DNA of 64,000 nucleotides from an uncultured Candidatus Saccharibacteria bacterium (lineage in GTDB: Bacteria > Patescibacteriota > Saccharimonadia > CAILAD01 > BJGX01), in assembly GCA_964390265.1 (NCBI GenBank), contig CAYMHI010000003.1:1332-65331 (forward strand). The letters run 5' to 3'. Position numbers and translations under genes: made by a program. A model generated the notes under the pieces. It was not told where the DNA came from and made no database searches. It saw nothing but the letters and a program-made list of their open reading frames with translations. Shown here piece after piece: positions 17,758 to 27,860 of this stretch. The first letter of the stretch is position 1. The number at the start of each line of letters is the position of its first letter.

Positions 17758-20475
17758 ATGAATACTTTGCTCTCATTTATTTCAACTTCTATAGCCGTGA
17801 TTGGTACAATTCTTTTTCAGTTTTGGGGCTGGACGCTAATTGCTGCATATCTTATATTTATGATATGGAAGAATAACCAAAAAGTTGAGTACATCAAAAC
17901 ATCCGAACATAATCTACTCCACATAGTGGTTCCCAAAGATAACGAAAAAAAAGAACTCTCGGCCGAGCAAATGTTTGCCAGCCTACACGGCATATTGCAA
18001 TCTACTAGCGAGTTAACCCAAGAGAAACGCATACAAGACCATATAAGTTTTGAAATTGTCGCTCGCGACTCAGTAATTCATTTTTACGTATGGACGCCCA
18101 AACAACTTAAAGACTTTGTGACTAGCCAAATCTATGCACAATATCCTACCGTGCAAATTAGTGAGATGGCTCATGACTATGCCGAGCAAGAAGGTTTAGA
18201 CCCCAACCGAGTATATTCTACCGAGATTACCCTTATTAAAGACGAAATATTTCCTATAAGAACTTTTCAAACCTTTGAGGTTGACCCCTTGGCTGGCCTA
18301 ACGACCGTGTTGGCCTCAATAACCGAAGGTGAACAGTTGTGGATTCAATTCTTGATGGAGCCAGTAGATGATAGCTGGCACAAAAAAAGTCTGCAATACA
18401 TTAGTGAGATAGTGAATGGTAAAAAACCCGGTAGATTCGAGAATCTTGGTGCTAAATCGTTGGTAGCTATTAAGGCTCTCTCGGTACCACCCAGCGTTCA
18501 AGCCGCCAATGATAAAAAACCCGAAAAAAAAGAGCTTAGTCCTGGGCAAACTACACTCAACTCTGCTATCGAAACTAAGGCCGAAAAGCTCGGCTACGCT
18601 GTAAAAATTAGAGCTGTCTACGTTGGCGACAACGACACTGCCGCCAAAACTCGTATGCAAGCTCTCGTAGGAGGCTTTAAGCAATTCAACACGATTAACC
18701 TAAATGGTTTTACTAATACTGGTCTACTTAACGGCGAGGCCGCTTTAAAACAGTATCAAGAGCGTGAATTTGATGATGCCGGATATGTACTGAATATTGA
18801 AGAAATTGCAAGTCTTTATCACTTACCGCACACCAGTGTAGAGACTCCAGGTGTGGCCTACACTAGCACCAAGGTGGGAGAGCCGCCCAGCAATCTACCA
18901 ACCGTTAACAACACTCCAGCTAAGGATATAAGCTTGTTTGGTGTTACCACATTTAGGCAAGCTAATATTAAGTTTGGTATCAAACGCGAAGATCGCAAAC
19001 GTCATATGTATATCATTGGTAAATCCGGAAGTGGTAAATCATTCTTGCTTAATCTTTTAACCCTATCTGACATCTACCATAACGAAGGTTTTGCAGTAGT
19101 CGACCCTCACGGCGATTATGCTCAAGATATGTTGCGCTACATACCCGAACACCGCCTAGACGATGTAGTATACTTCAACCCCGCCGATGGTGAATTTCCG
19201 GTGGCCTTTAATCCAATGGAAGTTTATGATGTCAATCGCCGAAGCAACGTTGCCTCCGAAATTGTTGGGGTACTGAAAAAAATGTTTGGTGACAGTTGGG
19301 GGCCACGACTTGAGCATATCTTGCGCTATACACTACTTGCATTACTAGAAACCCCTAACACAACCCTCTTGGGCATTACCAGAATGCTAACCGATAAAAA
19401 ATATCGAAATGAAATAATTGCTAACGTTCAAGACCCGGTTGTAAAAGCCTTTTGGATAAATGAATTTGCCAGCTGGAACGATAAATTCGCCTCTGAGGCT
19501 GTAGCGCCGGTACTTAACAAGGTTGGAGCTTTCACTGCCAACCCTTTAATTCGTAATGTTATTGGTCAAGAAAAAAGTACCTTTAGTATTCGTAAAATGA
19601 TGGATGAAGGCAAGATCTTAATTGTCGATCTTAGTCGCGGTAAAATAGGTGAAGACAATGCCAGTATATTAGGTAGTCTACTGATTACAAAGATTCAGCT
19701 TGATGCTATGAGCCGAGCCGATATACCTAATATTGATGATCGCCGGCCGTTTTATCTATATGTCGACGAATTTCAAAATTTTGCTACTGAAAGTTTTGCC
19801 GTAATTCTGTCTGAAGCTCGAAAATACGGACTGTATTTAACGGTAGCTAATCAATATATTGCCCAAATGCCCGAAGAAGTAAGGGATGCAGTATTTGGTA
19901 ATGTAGGTAGTATGATTACTTTTAGAGTGGGCGCCGAAGATGCTACTAGCTTAGCCCGTTACTTTGAACCTGTATTTGAGCCTCTAGATTTAGTAAATTT
20001 GGATAAACAAGATATATACGTTAGTATGAGCATTGACGGTCAAACTAGTCTGCCTTTCTCAGCAAAGACTCTATTTGTACCTAAATCTCCATCTGATCAA
20101 TCGGCTAAGATTTTGGAACTAAGTCGCCATAAATACTCAAGCGGTAAAGCCAGCGTAGAAGACGCTATCGCGAAATGGAGCGGTATGAATGAAGAAAAAC
20201 CTACCGATAACTCGGGTGGGGGATCAAATACCGAACAAAAAATTGCCGGTACCGCTGCTAGCTTGCCATCGCTTAGAGTGAGTGGAGCCGAGCCCAAAAA
20301 ATACAGCGAGATGGTAAAAGGTAAAAGTCAAAATATTAATAATCGCCAAAACCAACCTTATAGACCTAATAATAATCAAGGTGGTGGTCAACGCCGCGAC
20401 GACAACCGAAGGGGCAATAACTCTAGTAGCCAAGGCGGCCATAATAAACCATTCTACCCCAAAAAGAAAAACTAG
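17758..20475 (+). CDS. Membrane-anchored FtsK/HerA-superfamily ATPase of the TraG/TraD/VirD4 type-IV-coupling-protein type. It has a roughly 380-aa unknown domain between the N-terminal TM hairpin and the NTPase, and a C-terminal Gly/Asn/Gln/Arg-rich disordered tail.
   Basis: Two N-terminal TM segments; Walker A IIGKSGSGKSFLLNLL about 420 aa in; Walker B-like YLYVDEFQNF about 240 aa later (spacing typical of T4CPs); low-complexity tail NNRQNQPYRPNNNQGGGQRRDDNRRGNN. Confidence 0.55.
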   Translation: MNTLLSFISTSIAVIGTILFQFWGWTLIAAYLIFMIWKNNQKVEYIKTSEHNLLHIVVPKDNEKKELSAEQMFASLHGILQSTSELTQEKRIQDHISFEIVARDSVIHFYVWTPKQLKDFVTSQIYAQYPTVQISEMAHDYAEQEGLDPNRVYSTEITLIKDEIFPIRTFQTFEVDPLAGLTTVLASITEGEQLWIQFLMEPVDDSWHKKSLQYISEIVNGKKPGRFENLGAKSLVAIKALSVPPSVQAANDKKPEKKELSPGQTTLNSAIETKAEKLGYAVKIRAVYVGDNDTAAKTRMQALVGGFKQFNTINLNGFTNTGLLNGEAALKQYQEREFDDAGYVLNIEEIASLYHLPHTSVETPGVAYTSTKVGEPPSNLPTVNNTPAKDISLFGVTTFRQANIKFGIKREDRKRHMYIIGKSGSGKSFLLNLLTLSDIYHNEGFAVVDPHGDYAQDMLRYIPEHRLDDVVYFNPADGEFPVAFNPMEVYDVNRRSNVASEIVGVLKKMFGDSWGPRLEHILRYTLLALLETPNTTLLGITRMLTDKKYRNEIIANVQDPVVKAFWINEFASWNDKFASEAVAPVLNKVGAFTANPLIRNVIGQEKSTFSIRKMMDEGKILIVDLSRGKIGEDNASILGSLLITKIQLDAMSRADIPNIDDRRPFYLYVDEFQNFATESFAVILSEARKYGLYLTVANQYIAQMPEEVRDAVFGNVGSMITFRVGAEDATSLARYFEPVFEPLDLVNLDKQDIYVSMSIDGQTSLPFSAKTLFVPKSPSDQSAKILELSRHKYSSGKASVEDAIAKWSGMNEEKPTDNSGGGSNTEQKIAGTAASLPSLRVSGAEPKKYSEMVKGKSQNINNRQNQPYRPNNNQGGGQRRDDNRRGNNSSSQGGHNKPFYPKKKN

Positions 20476-20576
20476 AATTGCATTTGAGTTATTGCCTAAG
20501 TATTGACTTATTATAGTATTTATGCTATCATATTTACGTACCCATTTAGTCCCCAATACAGAAATGAGCAAGATCG

Positions 20577-20936
20577 GTGCCTACCAAACCCATCACTCTC
20601 GCTGTAATACTGGGCCTGTGCCTAACCCTCCTGGTGAGCTGTAGCCACAAGACGACCGAAGCGAAGTCGTCTGTTGTGCTGCCTCACCTGGCCGTCAGCA
20701 CGACGTCAACAGCACCGGTGCATCACTACGCACCAGGTTACACCGTAGAGGCCACCTGTGCCTTCTCAGTGAATATCTGTGTGCCTACCAACAGCGCAGT
20801 AACCCAGAGTATTCGCTCGCCACAGATTGCCCCCAATGGCAGTGGCGAGTATGCACCACAGGTTCGTCTGGAAGACGGTTCAACCTGTGTGTGGATGACA
20901 GATTTCCACGACTACCTGTGCTCGCGCCCAAAGTAG
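20577..20936 (+). CDS. Putative lipoprotein (119 aa) with 6 Cys in the mature part. GTG start. Strongly GC-shifted relative to neighbours.
   Basis: Signal peptide with lipobox LVSC; local GC about 53% versus about 40% in flanks; followed by a hairpin terminator. Confidence 0.4.
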   Translation: MPTKPITLAVILGLCLTLLVSCSHKTTEAKSSVVLPHLAVSTTSTAPVHHYAPGYTVEATCAFSVNICVPTNSAVTQSIRSPQIAPNGSGEYAPQVRLEDGSTCVWMTDFHDYLCSRPK

Positions 20937-20942
20937 TCAACC

Positions 20943-20990
20943 GCCGCCCTACACCATCAACGATGATGGAGTGGGGCGGCTTTCATTTAT
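20943..20990 (+). terminator. Rho-independent terminator (imperfect 9-bp plus 6-bp compound stem, T-rich tail CTTTCATTT)
   Basis: GCCGCCCTA...TGGGGCGGC pairing with inner CCATCA/TGATGG seen in the sequence. Confidence 0.5.
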
Positions 20991-21917
20991 GAACTATATT
21001 AAATACCGAATAGGGGAGCGGGCTAACAAATACCGAACTGCGGATAGTATAAATAATGTGGTAGATTGTTGGTATAGTAGTTTTTAGTATCAAGACATAA
21101 TCCGCACCTGAAAGGATGGAGATGATCAATCAAAACTACAAACTCCAATTAGCCTAGAACGCTTCCCCTATCTTTTGTATTGATTTTCAATTCACTATTC
21201 CCTACCATCATTCTGCAGTAGTAATAGAGAAGCAATAAAATTTCTCATTGCAAAATCACACCGTAATTGGTCGCGCAGCTTTGACGGCTATCCTAGCTAA
21301 TTATATTGCGGCGCCTGATTAATATGTAAACACCCAACGCAAAACATTTACAATGAGCGCCAAGCTGACTACAGTAGCAAACGTGCTAGCCCTATTACCA
21401 ACTCTTCGCAATAGTTGAGGGTATCTTAAATGCTTTGTCGTCAATGGGGATGTATGATAAATCAACTTAGGTTAATAATAAACTTAGTCGCACAATGTTT
21501 ATTTTGCGACGTATACTATCTATTTAACTAATAAATACATTTTAGCAGATTATTTGTTTATTATATCATCAAATTTTTGTTCCCTGTTTTTCTCCCCTGT
21601 TATATGCCGTTACAATTTGTTGTGGTAACGTAGCCTATATATAGAATATAACATATATAGTAGTAAACATAAACCGAACATGCCACAGTAGTATTGGTAG
21701 CATGACTTTAGCAGTTTTTTACAGACCATTTGAACGAGGTAGTATTTTTACAAATTCTTGTTTCTATATACTTTTTACATTTTACATATATTATGAGCTA
21801 CTAGCTGTCTTTTTTATGTCTTTTACAAAATAGTTATCCACAATCAGCCGTGAAACATTATATATTGTACGTTGTATTTTATACAATGCTGTTTCTCTAC
21901 TCTAATTAAGCTCTTCC

Positions 21918-22739
21918 CTACTTATAAAATACTCGGCCGTTTATTCTTAGATCAATATATTCAGCAGGTTTTTTTCCTTGTTTTTTAAGCTCATCAAGCA
22001 CGGCAACCAAATCTGTTAATTGATCGTTTACAGATCGTGTTGTATCAAATCTTATCTTATAACCAGATTGAGTAACTACGTATAGGTCTGTGGTAGTCTC
22101 TTGAACCTGATATTCGCTTACCGCTACTCCCTTCTCAGGTAATCTGCTATGCAACTCCCCTACAAAAGATACAAATGACTCTGTAAGTGACTTCTCCCCT
22201 GTTTTGACTGGCAAGTTTGATGTATCCACTACTGTTGGTAAACTTTTTTTGAGCTGCTCGCTCGGCTCGCCGCTATATGCATGGCCATTGCTGGCAAAGA
22301 CAGAAAGCGTATTGCCAGATCGCCAAAGTATGCTCGGTTTTTGTTCGGTTATTGTTATTTTAACAGTATTAAATAATTTTCGCTCTATCTTGGCTTTTGA
22401 TATTTGATAATTATTCTTTTTTAGGTTTGTTTCAATGGTTTGCCCAGGTACAAACAAAATGTTTTGATTTATAAGCGAACTGTTAATTACTTCTAGGGCT
22501 TGGTTTTTAATTGTATCCTCACTAAGCGTTTGGTTGCCCGAAACTTCAATGTACTTAACTCTAAACAAGCTAGAAATTACTATGCTGTAAAACATTAAAA
22601 TTATTATTGCAGCATAAATACTAAGACGTAATATCTTCTTAAAAAGACTATAATTGGCTTTCTTGGTTGGCTGTTTTAGATTTTTATAACCTACTTGGTT
22701 AGATTGAGATGAGTACCTTACCCTTCGCTTAGTTGACAT
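21918..22739 (-). CDS. ftsQ: FtsQ/DivIB-like cell division protein (single TM plus POTRA-like domain)
   Basis: N-terminal TM (LSIYAAIIILMFYSIVISSLF), then VKYIEVSGNQTLSEDTI POTRA-like start; last gene of the dcw cluster. Confidence 0.5.
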   Translation of the reverse strand: MSTKRRVRYSSQSNQVGYKNLKQPTKKANYSLFKKILRLSIYAAIIILMFYSIVISSLFRVKYIEVSGNQTLSEDTIKNQALEVINSSLINQNILFVPGQTIETNLKKNNYQISKAKIERKLFNTVKITITEQKPSILWRSGNTLSVFASNGHAYSGEPSEQLKKSLPTVVDTSNLPVKTGEKSLTESFVSFVGELHSRLPEKGVAVSEYQVQETTTDLYVVTQSGYKIRFDTTRSVNDQLTDLVAVLDELKKQGKKPAEYIDLRINGRVFYK

Positions 22740-22745
22740 TAAGTT

Positions 22746-23885
22746 TTACTCTCCCGATCTTTGAATTAGTGTTGCTACGCGCTGGGCGGCGTCGGGTACC
22801 CATAGCTCATGAATATTGGCTTGTAAATATTCTTTAGCTTGTTTGTTTGACAATATCTTATCTATCTCAGAACAAAGCCTTATGGGAGTTAGGTCTTTTT
22901 GATTCAATACTCTAGCTGCACCAAGTTTCTCAACAAATTCGGCATTAATCTGCTGGTGCTGATTGGCAGAGTTGGGGTTGGGTATAATAATTGTTGGCTT
23001 AGAATGAGCAGCTACCTCGGCGATAGAACTAGCACTTGCTCGAATAATTGCCAAATCGGCAATGAATAATGCCTCAGCCATTTCTGATTGTAAAAACTCG
23101 TATGGTCGATAATTTAGTTCTGCACCGCCTGAGAGTTGGTGGGCAGCTACCCTAGCTTTCTCTATGCCTTGTGTACCGGTGTGGTGAATAATGTTGTAAC
23201 TTTTAAGGATTAGCTCTAGGCCATCAAACAACACTTGGTTAATTGCAGCAGCACCCTGCGATCCGCCAAAAATAAATACGGTGGGTTTGGTGTTATCAAA
23301 ACCAAAAGTGTTTTTTGCTTTAGTTGGGTTTGCAGTTAAGAGTTCTTTTCTGACTGGGTTGCCGGTAAAGACAATCTTGTTGAAATAAGTATAGTCACTA
23401 AAAGCCTGCTCTGGAAAACCGGTAGCAATTTTTTGGGCTCGTTTGGCTAATATTTTACTAGACATACCAAAAACAGCATCTGAGTCGTGAATAATTAATG
23501 GTATATTGAGATGATCGGCTGCCAGGCCTACTGGCACAGTTACAAATCCACCCTTTGTAAACACCGCATCGGGCTTGAATTTTTTTAAGATTTTTTTGGC
23601 CTGAAAGTATCCACGACTAATCTTGGCGACATCAGCCAAGTTCTGTGAACTAGTCTTTAAATCGGTCAATTCTTTACTCAAACTTCGGCCATATCTTCTA
23701 AACTTTCCAGCAGTTATAGTTTTGTATTCAAAAGTATACGAGCTAACAAGCTTTTTTTCTACGTCATTGCCCAATCCAATAAATAGTATCTCTACTTTGG
23801 GTTCAAGTTTGTAAAGGGCGTCTACTATTGCTAGTACCGGGGTAATGTGCCCGGCTGTTCCGCCGCCGCAAACCGCGATTCTCAT
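22746..23885 (-). CDS. murG: Undecaprenyldiphospho-muramoylpentapeptide beta-N-acetylglucosaminyltransferase
   Basis: MRIAVCGGGTAGHITPVLAI N-terminal G-loop. Start placed at the internal Met; the ORF-track start 23939 would overlap ftsW by 137 nt. Confidence 0.75.
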   Translation of the reverse strand: MRIAVCGGGTAGHITPVLAIVDALYKLEPKVEILFIGLGNDVEKKLVSSYTFEYKTITAGKFRRYGRSLSKELTDLKTSSQNLADVAKISRGYFQAKKILKKFKPDAVFTKGGFVTVPVGLAADHLNIPLIIHDSDAVFGMSSKILAKRAQKIATGFPEQAFSDYTYFNKIVFTGNPVRKELLTANPTKAKNTFGFDNTKPTVFIFGGSQGAAAINQVLFDGLELILKSYNIIHHTGTQGIEKARVAAHQLSGGAELNYRPYEFLQSEMAEALFIADLAIIRASASSIAEVAAHSKPTIIIPNPNSANQHQQINAEFVEKLGAARVLNQKDLTPIRLCSEIDKILSNKQAKEYLQANIHELWVPDAAQRVATLIQRSGE

Positions 23886-25032
23886 CAAGTGCTTCTCCTT
23901 TCGTATAGCGTGAAATGTTTTGTAAAATGCCCACACCAATTAATAATGCTATCATACTGGTACCGCCGTAGCTTATAAATGGCAAGGTAATACCAGTAAG
24001 AGGAATTACACCCAACATAGCAGCAATATTAAAAAATGACTGAAAGCCTATCCAGGCAACTATACCAGTAGCTACAAATTTGGCATAATCATCTGGGGCA
24101 TCGCGAATAATTCTAAACCCACGCCAAAGTAAGAGCAATATTATCATTATTATTGTAGTTGCCCCAATTAAACCAAACTCTTCACCGATAATTGCAAATA
24201 TAGAGTCGTTAGTGGCCTCTGGAAGGTAGCCATAGGCCTGTAAGCTTTTGCCCAGACCACGACCAAATATTCCACCTGACCCCAGTGCTATTAGAGCTTG
24301 GTTGATATGATATCCAGAGCCGGCTGGGTCTTCGCTATGATTAAGAAAAGTAATATATCGCGATAATCGATAACTCGAGCTGGCTATCAGTACTGCTCCA
24401 GCCGCTATCATTCCAGCCAATGTACTCATAAACATCCAAATCGGTACTCCTGACATAAAATACATAGCAAATATAGTACTTGCCAATACAGTAGCCGAAC
24501 CCATATCTTTTTGCAGTATTACTATAAGAGTCATAGCCAGTACCATAATAATTATAAGTGGTACTAAACCTTCAAGAGGTTCGTTGAGTTTAGTCCGGTT
24601 CTTTTGAATCCAGGCCGAGACAAAAAATATGGTACCAAGCTTAAAAAACTCTACAGGTTGAAAGTTGATTGGTCCAAAGTGAACCCAGCGCGCTGCTCCA
24701 TTTACCTTGACAGATATGCCAGGCACCAACACCAAGAACATTAGTGCCAATGATGCATAGAAAAATACGCTAGCGTATTTTTGCCAAAAAGTATACTTAA
24801 CCCTACTAGCTACAAACCAACCTGTAATACCCAGCCCAAAACTTAAGAGTTGAGTATAGAAAAATCCATTTTGATCACTACTCCCCCCGGTCTGTTTAAG
24901 TACAGCTATCCAGCCGGTAGAATAGATCATTATTAGACCGATTGAAATAAGGGCCAACACCAATATAGCTAAAAAATAGTCTGGGCGATGAGCTAGGGCA
25001 AATTTTTCTGGTTTTTGTATTGGTGGATTCAT
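23803..25032 (-). CDS. ftsW: SEDS-family peptidoglycan glycosyltransferase FtsW/RodA
   Basis: About 10 TM helices; position between mraY and murG in the dcw cluster. Confidence 0.75.
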   Translation of the reverse strand: MNPPIQKPEKFALAHRPDYFLAILVLALISIGLIMIYSTGWIAVLKQTGGSSDQNGFFYTQLLSFGLGITGWFVASRVKYTFWQKYASVFFYASLALMFLVLVPGISVKVNGAARWVHFGPINFQPVEFFKLGTIFFVSAWIQKNRTKLNEPLEGLVPLIIIMVLAMTLIVILQKDMGSATVLASTIFAMYFMSGVPIWMFMSTLAGMIAAGAVLIASSSYRLSRYITFLNHSEDPAGSGYHINQALIALGSGGIFGRGLGKSLQAYGYLPEATNDSIFAIIGEEFGLIGATTIIMIILLLLWRGFRIIRDAPDDYAKFVATGIVAWIGFQSFFNIAAMLGVIPLTGITLPFISYGGTSMIALLIGVGILQNISRYTKGEALDENRGLRRRNSRAHYPGTSNSRRPLQT

Positions 25033-25057
25033 TTTGTTTATATATTTATTAGTGAAA

Positions 25058-26083
25058 TTATACTCTAGTAATTAAGCCAATTAGCATTCCTATTCCCCCA
25101 CTTACTGCGCCAATTATCAATAGTCTCATAGTAACTTTGGTCTCTGGCCAGCCAATTGCTTCAAGATGATGATGTAAGGGTGCTGATAAAAATATTTTGC
25201 GCTTAAAGACTTTTTTGCTAAATATTTGTATTACACTCGATCCGGCCTCGACAACGAATACTGCCCCAATAATTGGTAATACAAAAACTGAGTTGGTTAG
25301 CATAGCAACAATTCCAAGTGCAGTACCAAAAGCAAATGAGCCACTATCGCCCATCATAAACCGACAAGGATAAATGTTAAACCAAGTATAGGCCAATACT
25401 GCACCAACCATGGCCAAACAAAATCCGGCTATACCAAAGTTACCTTGAGCAAAAGCAATAATACAATACGCCCCAAAAGCACTAGCAAGCAAACCTCCAG
25501 ATAATCCATCGAGACCGTCGGTAATATTAACAGCATTGGCTGTTGAAACAACCACTAATATAAATAGCGGAATATAGAGCCAGCCTATCTCGAAATTACC
25601 AACAGCCGGTACGTGAATTTGGCTATAGCCAAGGCGAAAGAAAAAGTATAATGCTCCGCTCAGGGCGACTAGTAAAATGAGTCCAAATTTGAGTCGCGTA
25701 CGCAGGCCCGCAACACCTTTGCCTTGACCCCTTACATTTATAATATCGTCAATTAAACCAACCGTACCCGCTGCAACCAGCCCAAACACAGGTAAATAAG
25801 TTTGTGAACGACTCCAGTTAAGAGCCAACATTGTTATGGTAACTGCTACTACGCCAATCACTCCTGCCATAGTCGGAATGTTACGCTTATGCTTGGCGGC
25901 GTGGAGTTTGTAAAAAACCGGTGCTTTCTCGCCTGTAGTGGTAGTGTCACGAACTTGTTTCCAGAGCTTATATTTATATGCAAAATGCGTATATATAGGT
26001 GTTAAAATCATTGCCAAAACAAAACAGACAAAGCCTTGGAGCAGGATGTGAGATAATTGGGCTGATAGTGTGGTTTCAAACAT
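25058..26083 (-). CDS. mraY: Phospho-N-acetylmuramoyl-pentapeptide transferase
   Basis: Polytopic; conserved DDxxN (IDDIIN), NxxNxxDGxDGL (NAVNITDGLDGL), and a His-rich HHHLE loop. Confidence 0.8.
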   Translation of the reverse strand: MFETTLSAQLSHILLQGFVCFVLAMILTPIYTHFAYKYKLWKQVRDTTTTGEKAPVFYKLHAAKHKRNIPTMAGVIGVVAVTITMLALNWSRSQTYLPVFGLVAAGTVGLIDDIINVRGQGKGVAGLRTRLKFGLILLVALSGALYFFFRLGYSQIHVPAVGNFEIGWLYIPLFILVVVSTANAVNITDGLDGLSGGLLASAFGAYCIIAFAQGNFGIAGFCLAMVGAVLAYTWFNIYPCRFMMGDSGSFAFGTALGIVAMLTNSVFVLPIIGAVFVVEAGSSVIQIFSKKVFKRKIFLSAPLHHHLEAIGWPETKVTMRLLIIGAVSGGIGMLIGLITRV

Positions 26084-26115
26084 AATTAATAGGTTTATTT
26101 TAACAAATTTACGGC

Positions 26116-27846
26116 TTAATTACTACTGGGGGGTATCTGATAATAATTAAATAGTTCTTTGGCCACTACAGCGAAGGCTGGCACAGCAGTCTTCTCGGCA
26201 AAGCCCTCTACCTTGGGGTAATCTACTCGTACCAACATTACAAATCGGGGGTCTTCAACCGGTGCAAAACCCACAAAACTACCGATGTTTTTGTTTTCTT
26301 CATAACCCTTACCATCAGCTCTTGGTACCTGGGCAGTACCGGTTTTTCCGGCGATCTTATAGCCTTTCATTTTGGTAAGATAACCAGACCCACGCTCGAC
26401 TACTTGGGTCATTATCTCGGCCAATTGAGATGCCGATGTGGCACTAATGACATTTCTTACCACCTCGGTCTTTGTTGGCTTAACTACTTGATCATTTGAC
26501 ACTTCTCCGGCCAATATATGCGGCTTAACAAGGTTGCCACTATTGGCAATGGCACCCACGGCGGCCACTAACTGCACAGAGTTGACTGAGATGCCTTGCC
26601 CAAAGCTCATATTAGCGTAATCAATATCTGAGCTCGTAACAGGCTTTACCTTGCTGCTTACCTCTCCAGCCTGTTCTATGCCTGTAACTTTCCCGAATCC
26701 AAACTTCTCTATATAGTCGTGTAATACCTGTTTACTCGTTGGGGTAATATTTTTAGGGTCACTGCCGAGCATTTGCAGCACAAACACTACGCCGGTATTT
26801 AGAGACTTCTGAATTACATCTGTCATAGTTTGGTAGCCATACTTATGATTTTCGGCGTTTTTGATAGTCTTACCACTTATGGTTAACTCACCAGTGTCAT
26901 TATAGGTAGTCTGGGGTGTTACCTTACCACTATCTAATCCGGCAGCCATAGTTATTACTTTAAACCCACTACCCGGCTCAAACAGGCTCGACGTAGCCTT
27001 GTTAGAAAAAACTGAGTAGTCTTTTACGTCTCGAAAATTATTGGGGTCAAAATCGGGATAGTTTACCAAAGCTTTGATTTCGCCGGTTTTGACATCCATT
27101 ACGATAATACTACCAGAAGATGCCTTATTGGTTTCAACAGCCGACTTTATGGCGTCACGTGCGACGTTTTGTATGCCTCTATCAAGGGTGAGTAGATAGT
27201 TCTTACCGTTTTGCGGTTCTATTAAAGTATTTTCGGTGCTATTTATAGGTATTCCTAGTGCGTCGGTAATGGTGTTGTACTGACCTTTTTGACCGCTTAA
27301 ACCATCGTCGTTGAACTGCTCAAAACCATACTGACCCTTTCCGTCATCATTGACGTAACCCAAAACATGCGAAAACAATGCGCTCTCGGGATAATAACGG
27401 CTAGCCCGCTGCTGTAAAATAACACCCGCTAGCGACATAGCTTTAATCTTTTCGGCTTGGTCTGAACTAATATTTTTGGACAACTCAACATAGCGTCCTG
27501 ACCTGGTAAGCTTAGATTTAATATCATCTTCAGACTGCAACGTAATTGAGCTAAGTTTTTGGGCCGTAGAGTCGGCATTGGTGATAAATTTAGGATCGAC
27601 CGCTAGCGTATAGACTTGTGTGTTAAGGGCAATAGGTACCAAGCCTTGCGACTCTTTTAAATACACCGTTCCTCGGTTGGCGGGGATTTCGAATTTACGA
27701 GATTGTTGTTCGCTAGCTTTGGCGGCATAATCTTTGCCACGAATGGCTTGTACATAAAAAAGGCGCCCCAGCGCTATCAGCCAAAGTGCGATTAATACAG
27801 CAGCAATAGCATAAAGCCGCCAGTGTTCACGATTACTAGAAAGCAT
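26116..27846 (-). CDS. ftsI: Penicillin-binding protein (class B transpeptidase, FtsI/PBP2-like)
   Basis: N-terminal TM; SxxK (SGFK), SxN (SLN), KTG(T) (KTGTAQV). Confidence 0.75.
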   Translation of the reverse strand: MLSSNREHWRLYAIAAVLIALWLIALGRLFYVQAIRGKDYAAKASEQQSRKFEIPANRGTVYLKESQGLVPIALNTQVYTLAVDPKFITNADSTAQKLSSITLQSEDDIKSKLTRSGRYVELSKNISSDQAEKIKAMSLAGVILQQRASRYYPESALFSHVLGYVNDDGKGQYGFEQFNDDGLSGQKGQYNTITDALGIPINSTENTLIEPQNGKNYLLTLDRGIQNVARDAIKSAVETNKASSGSIIVMDVKTGEIKALVNYPDFDPNNFRDVKDYSVFSNKATSSLFEPGSGFKVITMAAGLDSGKVTPQTTYNDTGELTISGKTIKNAENHKYGYQTMTDVIQKSLNTGVVFVLQMLGSDPKNITPTSKQVLHDYIEKFGFGKVTGIEQAGEVSSKVKPVTSSDIDYANMSFGQGISVNSVQLVAAVGAIANSGNLVKPHILAGEVSNDQVVKPTKTEVVRNVISATSASQLAEIMTQVVERGSGYLTKMKGYKIAGKTGTAQVPRADGKGYEENKNIGSFVGFAPVEDPRFVMLVRVDYPKVEGFAEKTAVPAFAVVAKELFNYYQIPPSSN

Positions 27847-27860
27847 AACCTAATTATACT

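Noticed and set aside
22746-23939. Longer murG start at 23939 and longer dprA start at 9813
   Set aside because: Internal Met codons give N-termini matching the family consensus (MRIAVCGGGTAGH for MurG; MNIQEL...PP..L for DprA). The longer forms add non-conserved residues and increase gene overlap.
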